Shown: positions 9,833-17,064 of the stretch, piece after piece
How the letters are laid out: each line of letters begins with the position of its first letter
How positions within the stretch are numbered: position 1 is the first letter of the stretch
From: Candidatus Enterousia sp.
GTDB taxonomy: Bacteria; Pseudomonadota; Alphaproteobacteria; Rs-D84
DNA: 42,478 nucleotides
Assembly (NCBI GenBank): GCA_045576255.1
Contig: JAZNGD010000003.1
Location: 1-42,478, forward strand
Reading direction: 5' to 3'
Notes under the pieces: generated by a model
Databases searched by the model: none
What the model saw: the letters and a program-made list of their open reading frames with translations, nothing else
What the model was told of the DNA's origin: nothing
Position numbers and translations under genes: made by a program

Positions 9833-10271
9833 ATTGCTTGTTGCAATTATTTTCTATTACGTCTGATATTTGTATGCTTTTTGCGTATGCGCGTGCGTTT
9901 GGTACTGCGCATGGGTCGCAATTTCGTCTAAGCTGTCCAGGATTACAAACAAAAGCTACATCTTGGCACAAGCCGTATGTTCGTACCGATATTGGTTCAT
10001 TAATATATTCAATCGCAATGTTCCAGTATTTTTCTGGTACAGATCTGGGGTCGTTTTCCCACATGTTTTCAACGGTTTTTATTGCGCGTTTTACGCATGG
10101 GGTTGCGCCTGTTGTGTGCAATATATTTTGTTGAACATTGTTTTGTGGTGCGGTCTGATTTCTGGCTATCATAACCCAAGCGATTATGCTGATGCATAAT
10201 ATGACAACTAAAAACAATAATATATAGTGTGCAATAGTAAAAGAATTTGTATTTGTTTTAAATTTTGCCAT
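9831..10271 (-). CDS. membrane-anchored hypothetical protein
   Basis: N-terminal TM segment (HYILLFLVVILCISIIAWVMI). No recognisable motifs. Confidence 0.55.
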   Translation of the reverse strand: MAKFKTNTNSFTIAHYILLFLVVILCISIIAWVMIARNQTAPQNNVQQNILHTTGATPCVKRAIKTVENMWENDPRSVPEKYWNIAIEYINEPISVRTYGLCQDVAFVCNPGQLRRNCDPCAVPNARAYAKSIQISDVIENNCNKQ

Positions 10272-10410
10272 TTTTAAACCTTTTTATCTTAATCTTATGT
10301 TATCATTTTGCGTGGCGTATAAACATAGTTTTATTTTCCTATAAAATATTGCATTTTGATTTTTTCTTGATTAAAATACGCAGTGAAAAAAATAAAGCAG
10401 GGGGAATGCG

Positions 10411-11295
10411 ATGTTTGTTACGGAAAAATTAAAGACATTCTCTTGGGTTAATGTTGGCAACCCAGATCACGAAGATTTTGAAAAATTACAAACGGAATAC
10501 AAAATTGATGAAGATACAATATCTGACATCTTAGACCCGGATGAACAGCCGCGCCTTGAACTGGAAGATGATTACAAGGTTATAATTGTTCGTTTCCCAA
10601 TTATCAATCGCGAAACAGATACGTTGTGGCACACAGAACCGCTGTCAATAATTGTTTCTGCCAATCGTGTTATAACTGTTTGTCGCAAGCGGTGCGATTT
10701 GTTGGATAAAATTAAAAAATCAGAAAAGACATCGCGCGAAGAATTTATATTAAATATAATCTATTATATCGCAGAATCTTATTTGCGTATGTTAAAAGAA
10801 TTAAACAAACGCGTATTGGCTTCTAAACGCGTATTACAAGAACGTATTCGTAAAAAGGAATTAATGGATTTATTAGAAGTCGAAAACAGTTATACATTGT
10901 ATATGGCAGGTATACGTGGAAACGTTGCGGTGTTGGACAAATTGGAAAAAGTTCGTGGCTTTGTTAAAACAGATGATGCTGCGGAACTGGCAGAAGATGC
11001 GCGCATCGAATTGGCCCAGGCAACCGAAGTCGTGACGTCGTACAGCAAAATGTTAAAATCAATAAAAGAAACATTCGAAAGTGTTATTAATATGGATTCT
11101 AACACCAACATTAATCGTTTAACAATGTGGAACATTATTTTGGTGGTACCGACTGTTATCGTGGGGTATTACGGAATGAATTTAAATTTACCTTTTGCAG
11201 AATATGAACAAACAGCGGTTGGTATCTTTTTGTTTATAATGATATTATTGTTGGGGTTTGCATTGTTTGGCATAATTCGTCGCAGAATATCATAA
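10411..11295 (+). CDS. corA: CorA-family magnesium/cobalt transporter
   Basis: YGMN signature (GYYGMNLNLPF) followed by a C-terminal TM segment. Size is about 294 aa. Confidence 0.85.
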   Translation: MFVTEKLKTFSWVNVGNPDHEDFEKLQTEYKIDEDTISDILDPDEQPRLELEDDYKVIIVRFPIINRETDTLWHTEPLSIIVSANRVITVCRKRCDLLDKIKKSEKTSREEFILNIIYYIAESYLRMLKELNKRVLASKRVLQERIRKKELMDLLEVENSYTLYMAGIRGNVAVLDKLEKVRGFVKTDDAAELAEDARIELAQATEVVTSYSKMLKSIKETFESVINMDSNTNINRLTMWNIILVVPTVIVGYYGMNLNLPFAEYEQTAVGIFLFIMILLLGFALFGIIRRRIS

Positions 11296-11297
11296 TA

Positions 11298-11322
11298 AAA
11301 CGCCCGATTGGGCGTTTATTTT
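11298..11322. terminator. bidirectional intrinsic terminator
   Basis: aaacgccc-gatt-gggcgttt hairpin. Confidence 0.7.
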
Positions 11323-11783
11323 ATTTCCATTTTATCTAATATTTGTTCAAGCTTCTTTACAGAACTGTTTATGCAACCACGCCCAGTCCAGTGAAGTAAT
11401 TCTTGACCTGTTTCATTGTCGGAAATAGATAAATTAAATTTTGACCACCAAAAACCATTCAGCGAACACCAAACGGGTCTGAACTTAGGGTTGGTCTCTT
11501 TCATAAAAACAATATAACGTGCTTTGGATAAATCTGTTGCAGCCAAAACAGACTCGGTCCCTTCGGCGGTGATGTATGTTGTTGAAATAGTGGCTTTGTG
11601 ATGTCCAATGGTTAATTTATATCCCATATCTTCCATAATTTCTTTTGTTTTAAGACGCATCAAATCGCCACCAGCGTCCGCATAAATTATTTCGTTTTTA
11701 TCTAACGAATTTGGTTTTACATAAATAGTGTTGCATGCGGACACAGAAAACAGAACTGAAAGATATAAAAATATTTTCCCCAT
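11316..11783 (-). CDS. lipoprotein, hypothetical
   Basis: Signal peptide with lipobox (LFSVSAC). Confidence 0.6.
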   Translation of the reverse strand: MGKIFLYLSVLFSVSACNTIYVKPNSLDKNEIIYADAGGDLMRLKTKEIMEDMGYKLTIGHHKATISTTYITAEGTESVLAATDLSKARYIVFMKETNPKFRPVWCSLNGFWWSKFNLSISDNETGQELLHWTGRGCINSSVKKLEQILDKMEIK

Positions 11784-11810
11784 AACAAAACCTGCGTTTA
11801 ATATAATTTT

Positions 11811-11855
11811 TGGTGTGCCCAGCGGGATTCGAACCCACAGTCTTCGCCTTCGGAG
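11811..11855 (-). pseudogene. 3' half of a disrupted host tRNA-Arg(CCG), the left island junction
   Basis: The reverse complement reads CTCCGAA-GGCGA-AGACT-GTGGGTTCGAATCCCGC-TGGGCAC-A-CCA. It ends exactly at the anticodon loop and its acceptor strand pairs with the 5' half at 18420-18458. Confidence 0.88.
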
Positions 11856-11940
11856 TTATATGCTTTGACTGATGTCAAATTCGCTATAATCCTTTGTTTG
11901 TAAGGCGTTGGGCGTGCCTGTATTTATGCTTAAAATTTTG

Positions 11941-11959
11941 TGGCTACCGTATGGCTACC
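11941..11959 (+). promoter_or_regulatory. putative integrase arm-type sites, left end (2 x TGGCTACC)
   Basis: TGGCTACC at 11941-11948 and 11952-11959, with an 11-bp period. The same motif occurs three times at 18269-18296. Confidence 0.45.
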
Positions 11960-11999
11960 TTTTGATATAAAATCAAAGCAAATTTCAAGCAAAATCTTC

Positions 12000-12076
12000 T
12001 GGCGTACCCAGCAGGATTCGAACCTGCAGTCTTCACCTTCGGAGGGTGACGTGTTATCCAGTTGCACCATGGGTAC
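12000..12076 (-). tRNA. island-borne intact tRNA-Arg(CCG)
   Basis: 77-nt cloverleaf: GTACCCA/TGGGTAC acceptor, anticodon loop CTCCGAA, T-arm GCAGG-TTCGAAT-CCTGC, encoded CCA. A TATAGT -10-like box lies about 9 nt upstream. Confidence 0.9.
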
Positions 12077-12240
12077 GTACCGTCAGTATACTATAATAAA
12101 ATTTAATAAAAATCAATCTGCAAGCACATAAATTTAATTGGTTGCTTCATACGACGTAAATATATTTGTTTCTACGGTTGAAAACAGTGAATTCATACCT
12201 ATATTAATAAAGCAATTTAACATAAAATAAAGGTGATAAA

Positions 12241-14271
12241 ATGAAATTAAGGAAAGTTGAAATTGAAAATTTTCGGTCTATAAAAAGTGCTGATATTGAT
12301 TTTGAAAAATACCCATGTCGTATTTTATGGGGAGTTAACGAAAGTGGAAAGAGCAACATAATCAAGGCATTAATGACACTTGATCCAAAATATGACATTC
12401 AACAACATTCTGCCCAGGATAAAAGAATGCCATCAGACGAAGAAACCGACTTTAGTCATCAATATTGGGTTGATTTTTGTTTTGCCTTGGATGATGCAGA
12501 ATTGTTAGGTGTTTATAACAAATTAAAAACTTTGTTCTTATCCAAGAATATTGAAACAGAAAAAATAATCAAAACCGCAAAAAAACAATTTACATTAAAC
12601 GAACTTGTCGCTGCATCAAAAAATATTGTAAAAAGGGTCAATTTGGACAGTGAAAATAACGACCGTCCCGTTTTGTGTTATACTGGTGATTTCACCGCTA
12701 CGCCCAAACCAGAAAAAGAAACATACGAATTGCTAGATGGTTGGTATCAAATACCTGTCAATGTAACAAGTATTAAAATTGAACCAAATAAAATAATTCA
12801 AAAAGGAAATTATAAATTTATAAAATTTGACGACTATGCAGAAAATTATACAGAAGCAGAAATCGCCCAAATGAAAGCCAAACCATTAACTATCTCTGAA
12901 TTGCGTAAATTGGTGCGTGCAGAAATTGAAAATATGGCAAATGCCAAAGTGCCAAATATAATTTCATGGGATGCACTGAAAGACCAAACATTTCATTCCG
13001 ATATACCAATGCAAACTTTTTTACAAAATCCAAGTGCTGAAGCATATTCACACTTCAAAAGTATGTGTTTGTTGGCATCCAAGTATTTTCCGCATAATAA
13101 TGATGCAGAAATTGTTAAAGTTTTTGAAGATGCAAAAAAGGCGAATAGACTGGAAAGTTTATACAGCCACATAGAAGCGGAATCTACCAGATATTTACAA
13201 TCTATTTGGAAAGGGTTTGAAAATGAAGAATTGGTTATAAACACCTCCAGAGGCAACGATTTGATTGGAATTAGTGTCAAACATGTTGGAAGATTCGCCA
13301 ATAAAATACCAACATCATATAGAAGCGACGGATTTAAAAAATTCTTAAAACTTATGTTAACCCTGTCGCTCAAGGTTAAGTATTGTGATATAAAAGATAC
13401 AATAATATTAATTGATGAAGCGGAAACGTTTTTGCATCCGTCTGCGGCAGAAAATTTCCGTGACGAACTAATCAAACTGTCGCAAATTAATAATAATCGC
13501 ATTGTTTTTTCAACACATTCACCGTTCATGATAGACGACAATAATATTGAACGCCATATCATAGTAGAAAAAGATGGCGAAACAACGTCCATTAAAGACG
13601 GACAAGAAGGTCGGTACTTCAAAGAAGAAGAACTTTGGCAAAAAATGGGTTGTCCAATATTGCGTGCCTTTGCACCTAAGAATTTGCTGTTTGAGGGTTG
13701 GGACGATAAAATTTTATACACTGTAGGGCTTAATAAACTTACAGAAGCAGAGCGCAAGATTTTAAAACCTGGACCGACGGCAAAATTAGGGGTTGCTTAT
13801 AGTGACGGTGCACAGAAAATGAGAATTTATGCCCCGACTTTTCAATGGGCGGATTCAAAGCTCATAATTTTGGCTGATTCTGATGATGCGGGAAAAGAAG
13901 AGAAAAAGCATTTTGTGGACAATAGGCTGTGGTGTAATGATACGTTCTTCACTTTTGCAGATTTGGGCGGTTTAGATAACGCCACAGCAGAAGATTATTT
14001 GGTGCAAGACAAGATTGACGAAGCTGTAGCGAAGTTAAAGGCGGAATTTCATATTGAAGATGCACCAGATTTCACAGTAAATGATATGCGCGTTATGCAA
14101 CAGGTTAAAACTTGGTTAAAAAAGAAGTTTACCAGTGAAGAAAAATTGAAGCCAGTGCTGAAAAAATTCAAGGATTTCTTATTTGACGGGTTAACAGAAG
14201 CGGATATCAAAGATGAATATAAAACTGTGCTCAGTGAATTGTCAAAGAAAATAAAAGCTATCAAAAAATAA
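12241..14271 (+). CDS. OLD-family nuclease (N-terminal ABC-type ATPase plus C-terminal TOPRIM)
   Basis: MKLRKVEIENFRSIK start, Walker A GVNESGKSN, Walker B IILIDEAETFLHP, H-loop FSTHSP, TOPRIM Glu (LLFEGWDDK) and DxD (ILADSDDAGKE). AGGTGA RBS. Confidence 0.85.
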   Translation: MKLRKVEIENFRSIKSADIDFEKYPCRILWGVNESGKSNIIKALMTLDPKYDIQQHSAQDKRMPSDEETDFSHQYWVDFCFALDDAELLGVYNKLKTLFLSKNIETEKIIKTAKKQFTLNELVAASKNIVKRVNLDSENNDRPVLCYTGDFTATPKPEKETYELLDGWYQIPVNVTSIKIEPNKIIQKGNYKFIKFDDYAENYTEAEIAQMKAKPLTISELRKLVRAEIENMANAKVPNIISWDALKDQTFHSDIPMQTFLQNPSAEAYSHFKSMCLLASKYFPHNNDAEIVKVFEDAKKANRLESLYSHIEAESTRYLQSIWKGFENEELVINTSRGNDLIGISVKHVGRFANKIPTSYRSDGFKKFLKLMLTLSLKVKYCDIKDTIILIDEAETFLHPSAAENFRDELIKLSQINNNRIVFSTHSPFMIDDNNIERHIIVEKDGETTSIKDGQEGRYFKEEELWQKMGCPILRAFAPKNLLFEGWDDKILYTVGLNKLTEAERKILKPGPTAKLGVAYSDGAQKMRIYAPTFQWADSKLIILADSDDAGKEEKKHFVDNRLWCNDTFFTFADLGGLDNATAEDYLVQDKIDEAVAKLKAEFHIEDAPDFTVNDMRVMQQVKTWLKKKFTSEEKLKPVLKKFKDFLFDGLTEADIKDEYKTVLSELSKKIKAIKK

Positions 14272-14287
14272 TTAAATTATGTGGCTT

Positions 14288-14713
14288 TTATAAATGCACG
14301 ATTTTGACTTCTGGGAAATGTTGTTGCAGGTATTCCGCAACAAGTCGCCTGTGGCAATTTTCAGCAGTCTTTTCTGCACATAAAAAACACACCTTATTTA
14401 TGGTGTCGGGCGTGAACAGGTTTTCTATCCGACGTTTTGTAAGTATGTCGTTGAAAATCTGTTCGTATTCCGCCCAATTTATCGTGCCGTTCTTGATTTT
14501 GGTTAACAAATCAAGCGTTGGTGCCAGTTCTGGCATATATTTATATCTGTCGCCAAGAATACGCTGTAAATTCGTGCCAGATGTCCAAGGCACAAATCGC
14601 GACTGTCGCCACAATCGAACATCAATCACGGTATTAACATCAACAGCATTTAGTATTTCTGCGAAAATTTCTTTGTTTTTTCCGTTTGTTCCGATTGTGT
14701 ATATTTTAAGCAT
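14288..14713 (-). CDS. DUF488-family protein (YeaO-like)
   Basis: IYTIG..., VIDVR, and the C-terminal FLCAEKTAENCHRRLVAEYL signature typical of DUF488. The start overlaps the upstream stop (TAATG). Confidence 0.75.
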   Translation of the reverse strand: MLKIYTIGTNGKNKEIFAEILNAVDVNTVIDVRLWRQSRFVPWTSGTNLQRILGDRYKYMPELAPTLDLLTKIKNGTINWAEYEQIFNDILTKRRIENLFTPDTINKVCFLCAEKTAENCHRRLVAEYLQQHFPEVKIVHL

Positions 14714-15117
14714 TATTTATTCCATTTAACCTTTTGGGCGATAGGGTAATGATGTCTGGTATTAATAAGACCAGTGTCAGCATAACAGTAATTTTCTGGG
14801 TCTTTTATGCTGTAAGTGCGTCCATGTGCATATCCATTGCCGGCATTTTTTATAATCCATGTTTTATGTCTTGTATAATGTCCTTTGTCTGCTCGGACAA
14901 CTGCATCTGTGTCGTTCAAATCTGTGATATAAACAAAGTCCGTTAATTCAAAAACACATTTCGCTTTGCCTTTTTTATATCTGTCAGAATCTGTGTCCAG
15001 ACTGCAATGGTTAACATACCAATAGCCACCTTTTTCTGTGCATTGTTTTTCATTTAAAAAAGTGGCACATCCGGCAAGTGTTGTTATTATTGCCATTGAT
15101 GTCAAAATGTGTTTCAT
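14713..15117 (-). CDS. lipoprotein, hypothetical
   Basis: Signal peptide with lipobox ITTLAGC. CAGGAG RBS. Translationally coupled to the DUF488 gene. Confidence 0.7.
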   Translation of the reverse strand: MKHILTSMAIITTLAGCATFLNEKQCTEKGGYWYVNHCSLDTDSDRYKKGKAKCVFELTDFVYITDLNDTDAVVRADKGHYTRHKTWIIKNAGNGYAHGRTYSIKDPENYCYADTGLINTRHHYPIAQKVKWNK

Positions 15118-15140
15118 TTAACAACTCCTGTGTTGGGTTA

Positions 15141-15335
15141 AACAAAAACCACCGAGAAAAATCTAGGTGGTTGGAGTTTTCTAACAATCATTAAGAATTG
15201 CGCGCCTTATTCAATATATTCAACGCACTCCAACCATAAGGTTGGAGAGAATGTTTCGCCATCTCGGGCGCTTAATGAAGGGTTAGAAAGCCCAATGCAA
15301 GAACACCTTGCATCAATTTCAATGTATCAATTTTT
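15141..15335 (-). promoter_or_regulatory. structured leader or ncRNA with an intrinsic terminator just upstream of the lipoprotein RBS (candidate attenuator or riboswitch-like element)
   Basis: Minus-strand RNA. Terminator is AACCACC-12 nt-GGUGGUU plus UUUGUUU (15172-15141). CUCCAACC occurs twice and its complement GGUUGGAG once, which allows mutually exclusive pairings. There is an 8-bp long-range helix UCAUUAAG/CUUAAUGA and further local hairpins. Confidence 0.45.
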
Positions 15336-15878
15336 TTAGGAAAAATCAACCGGTTTTATCTGGTTTTTGCTTTTTGGTGAAATTAAATCTATGTCTAAAA
15401 TAATTGTATCGTTTGTGATTCTTGTGCCGTCAATTTTTAATTCTTTGGTGATATACGAATAAACACCATCAGAATATATTTTTGTTATCATAATATCGTC
15501 ACCGTATTGTTTTGATGCGGTTTGTTTATCTGTTAAATCATACCATATATCCATTTTTAAGACCGTGGACAGCCCTTTAAGGGTTTCTTGGATGTTGGGT
15601 AGGGCAAAGTGTGCTAAACGTACTCCAAGGATGAAATGTGCGTGCATGTTTAATCGACTGCCTACTTCCTTGAATCCTATTAGCAGAAATTCTTTGTCGT
15701 ATCGTTTGTGCCAGTGGCGACCAAGTAATTTGCGAAACAATCTACAAAATACGGGCTTGCACCGTTTTTGTAGTTCGGCTTTTGTTTTGGGTGCGGTTTT
15801 GAAGCGAATAGATATAAAATATGCTTCGTTGCCACCCAGTTTTTTTAACCAATTTTGTATTTCTGTTTTACAGTGCAT
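15336..15878 (-). CDS. HUH-type Rep-like protein (putative replication or relaxase-type initiator)
   Basis: Three motifs in the canonical order: YFISIRFKT (motif 1-like), NMHAHFILG (HUH) and GVYSYITKE (YxxK). The assignment rests on these motifs only. Confidence 0.45.
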   Translation of the reverse strand: MHCKTEIQNWLKKLGGNEAYFISIRFKTAPKTKAELQKRCKPVFCRLFRKLLGRHWHKRYDKEFLLIGFKEVGSRLNMHAHFILGVRLAHFALPNIQETLKGLSTVLKMDIWYDLTDKQTASKQYGDDIMITKIYSDGVYSYITKELKIDGTRITNDTIILDIDLISPKSKNQIKPVDFS

Positions 15879-16178
15879 TGCGGTTCTCTGTGTGTAGCAA
15901 AAATTCGGTCTTTTTTGTGTTGAATTTGTTGGTTTTTATACTATGCAAAAAGTGTCAAATTTGTCAGATTTTAAACACCGGTAAAAGTGTAAGAATTGTA
16001 AGATTTCTACTATTAAAATTCTAACTGCAAAAATTTTTTTGCAACAGTTGAATTTTAATTTTAAAAGTCCAGAAAATAGCCATTTTTTAGCACATTTCAT
16101 AGAATTGTTGTTATTTGTATAACTGCCAACATTTACGACAAACAGACGCATGTTTTTTTGACGTTTTTGGGTGCGTTT

Positions 16179-16385
16179 TTAAGCGATTGTTGTGAACTGG
16201 TTTGTGCGGTCACATTTGTTGCCGTCTAAATATGCTTGAACATCGGTCATAGCGTATAAAACACGACGTCTGACCTTGGTCCATTTAATCGGGCATTCAC
16301 GATTTGTACGCCAGCGTTCAATAGTGTTCTTTTTTACCTGCAGTAAGTCTGCCAGTTGTTGTGTTGTGATGTATTCATTTTGCAT
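16179..16385 (-). CDS. AlpA-family helix-turn-helix regulator/excisionase
   Basis: 68 aa. TTQQLADLLQVKKNTIERWRTN..P is typical of AlpA/MerR-type HTH proteins in P4-like islands. GGGAG RBS. Confidence 0.8.
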   Translation of the reverse strand: MQNEYITTQQLADLLQVKKNTIERWRTNRECPIKWTKVRRRVLYAMTDVQAYLDGNKCDRTNQFTTIA

Positions 16386-16461
16386 ATCCTTGCTCCCTTT
16401 GTTTTGTTGTTTACAGGGGCAATATATGTCTAAAAATATCCAAATAAAAGTTTATAAAAAT

Positions 16462-16494
16462 TTAGCTAGCTAATGGTTCGTGTTAGCTAGCTAA
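16462..16494. promoter_or_regulatory. twin palindromic operator candidates
   Basis: The perfect 12-bp palindrome TTAGCTAGCTAA occurs at 16462-16473 and 16483-16494, 21 bp centre to centre, upstream of the AlpA-like gene. Confidence 0.5.
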
Positions 16495-16500
16495 TACGAA

Positions 16501-17052
16501 TTACCACATACAAATCCAATCGTAAATTGTTTTTGCACTGCGTTTGATTCCTTGTTTTAAAAGCTCTGCTTGCAAGCAAACAGCTTCGTCAAAACTACGT
16601 TTTTTGCCATTCGCAATCCAAATTTCTTTCGCTTTTTCTTTAATTTTGTTCTTTTTTATAGCAGTAATTTTTGCACCACGCTTTTTTGCGATATATTCCA
16701 GTCTATACAATAAGTGAATTGTATGTGCATATAGTAAACTTTTTAATTCTTCTTGTGCTGATGTCTGAGGGCTGGTTGAGAGTATGAAATAATATTTAAC
16801 AGCACTTTCAAAATACATTTGATCTACATACGATAAGTTTGTGTTATTTTGTAATGATTCATATATGGAGTCAAGCGGCACGTTAAACAGTGTCATATAT
16901 TTTTCGGTTATTAAAGCAATAGATGTATCATTTAATTTATCAAACAATCTGTAGTGATTGTTCTTTTTGGCTCGGTTTAATGCGTTCTTTATCTGTTGTG
17001 TAAACTGTTCTTTACTTAATTCACTGAGTGAAATAATGTTGTTCTGGGTCAT
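16501..17052 (-). CDS. island hypothetical protein
   Basis: Long ORF between the integrase and AlpA-like genes. No recognisable motifs. Confidence 0.6.
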   Translation of the reverse strand: MTQNNIISLSELSKEQFTQQIKNALNRAKKNNHYRLFDKLNDTSIALITEKYMTLFNVPLDSIYESLQNNTNLSYVDQMYFESAVKYYFILSTSPQTSAQEELKSLLYAHTIHLLYRLEYIAKKRGAKITAIKKNKIKEKAKEIWIANGKKRSFDEAVCLQAELLKQGIKRSAKTIYDWICMW

Positions 17053-17064
17053 ATCTGTCCCTTA

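Noticed and set aside
11940-12131. 63-aa + strand ORF
   Set aside because: It overlaps the island-borne tRNA-Arg(CCG) and the arm-type repeats. It has no RBS.
12993-13757. 254-aa minus-strand ORF inside the OLD gene
   Set aside because: It is an antisense shadow ORF in an A+T-rich gene, Ser/Leu-rich with no motifs. The + strand frame has clear ATPase motifs.
12241-14271. OLD protein as GajA of a Gabija system
   Set aside because: No UvrD-like GajB gene is adjacent or anywhere in the island. The only helicases in the window (PIF1-like at 711, AddA-like at 33352) sit in housekeeping contexts far away.
15118-15335. Structured intergenic RNA as a retron msr/msd or a type III antitoxin array
   Set aside because: There is no reverse transcriptase ORF in the island and no tandem repeats of a unit length typical of ToxI-like antitoxins. 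The layout fits a terminator-containing leader better.
15936-16151. 71-aa minus-strand ORF in the A+T-rich gap between the Rep-like and AlpA-like genes
   Set aside because: Low-complexity A+T-rich translation with no RBS. The region looks regulatory or origin-like.
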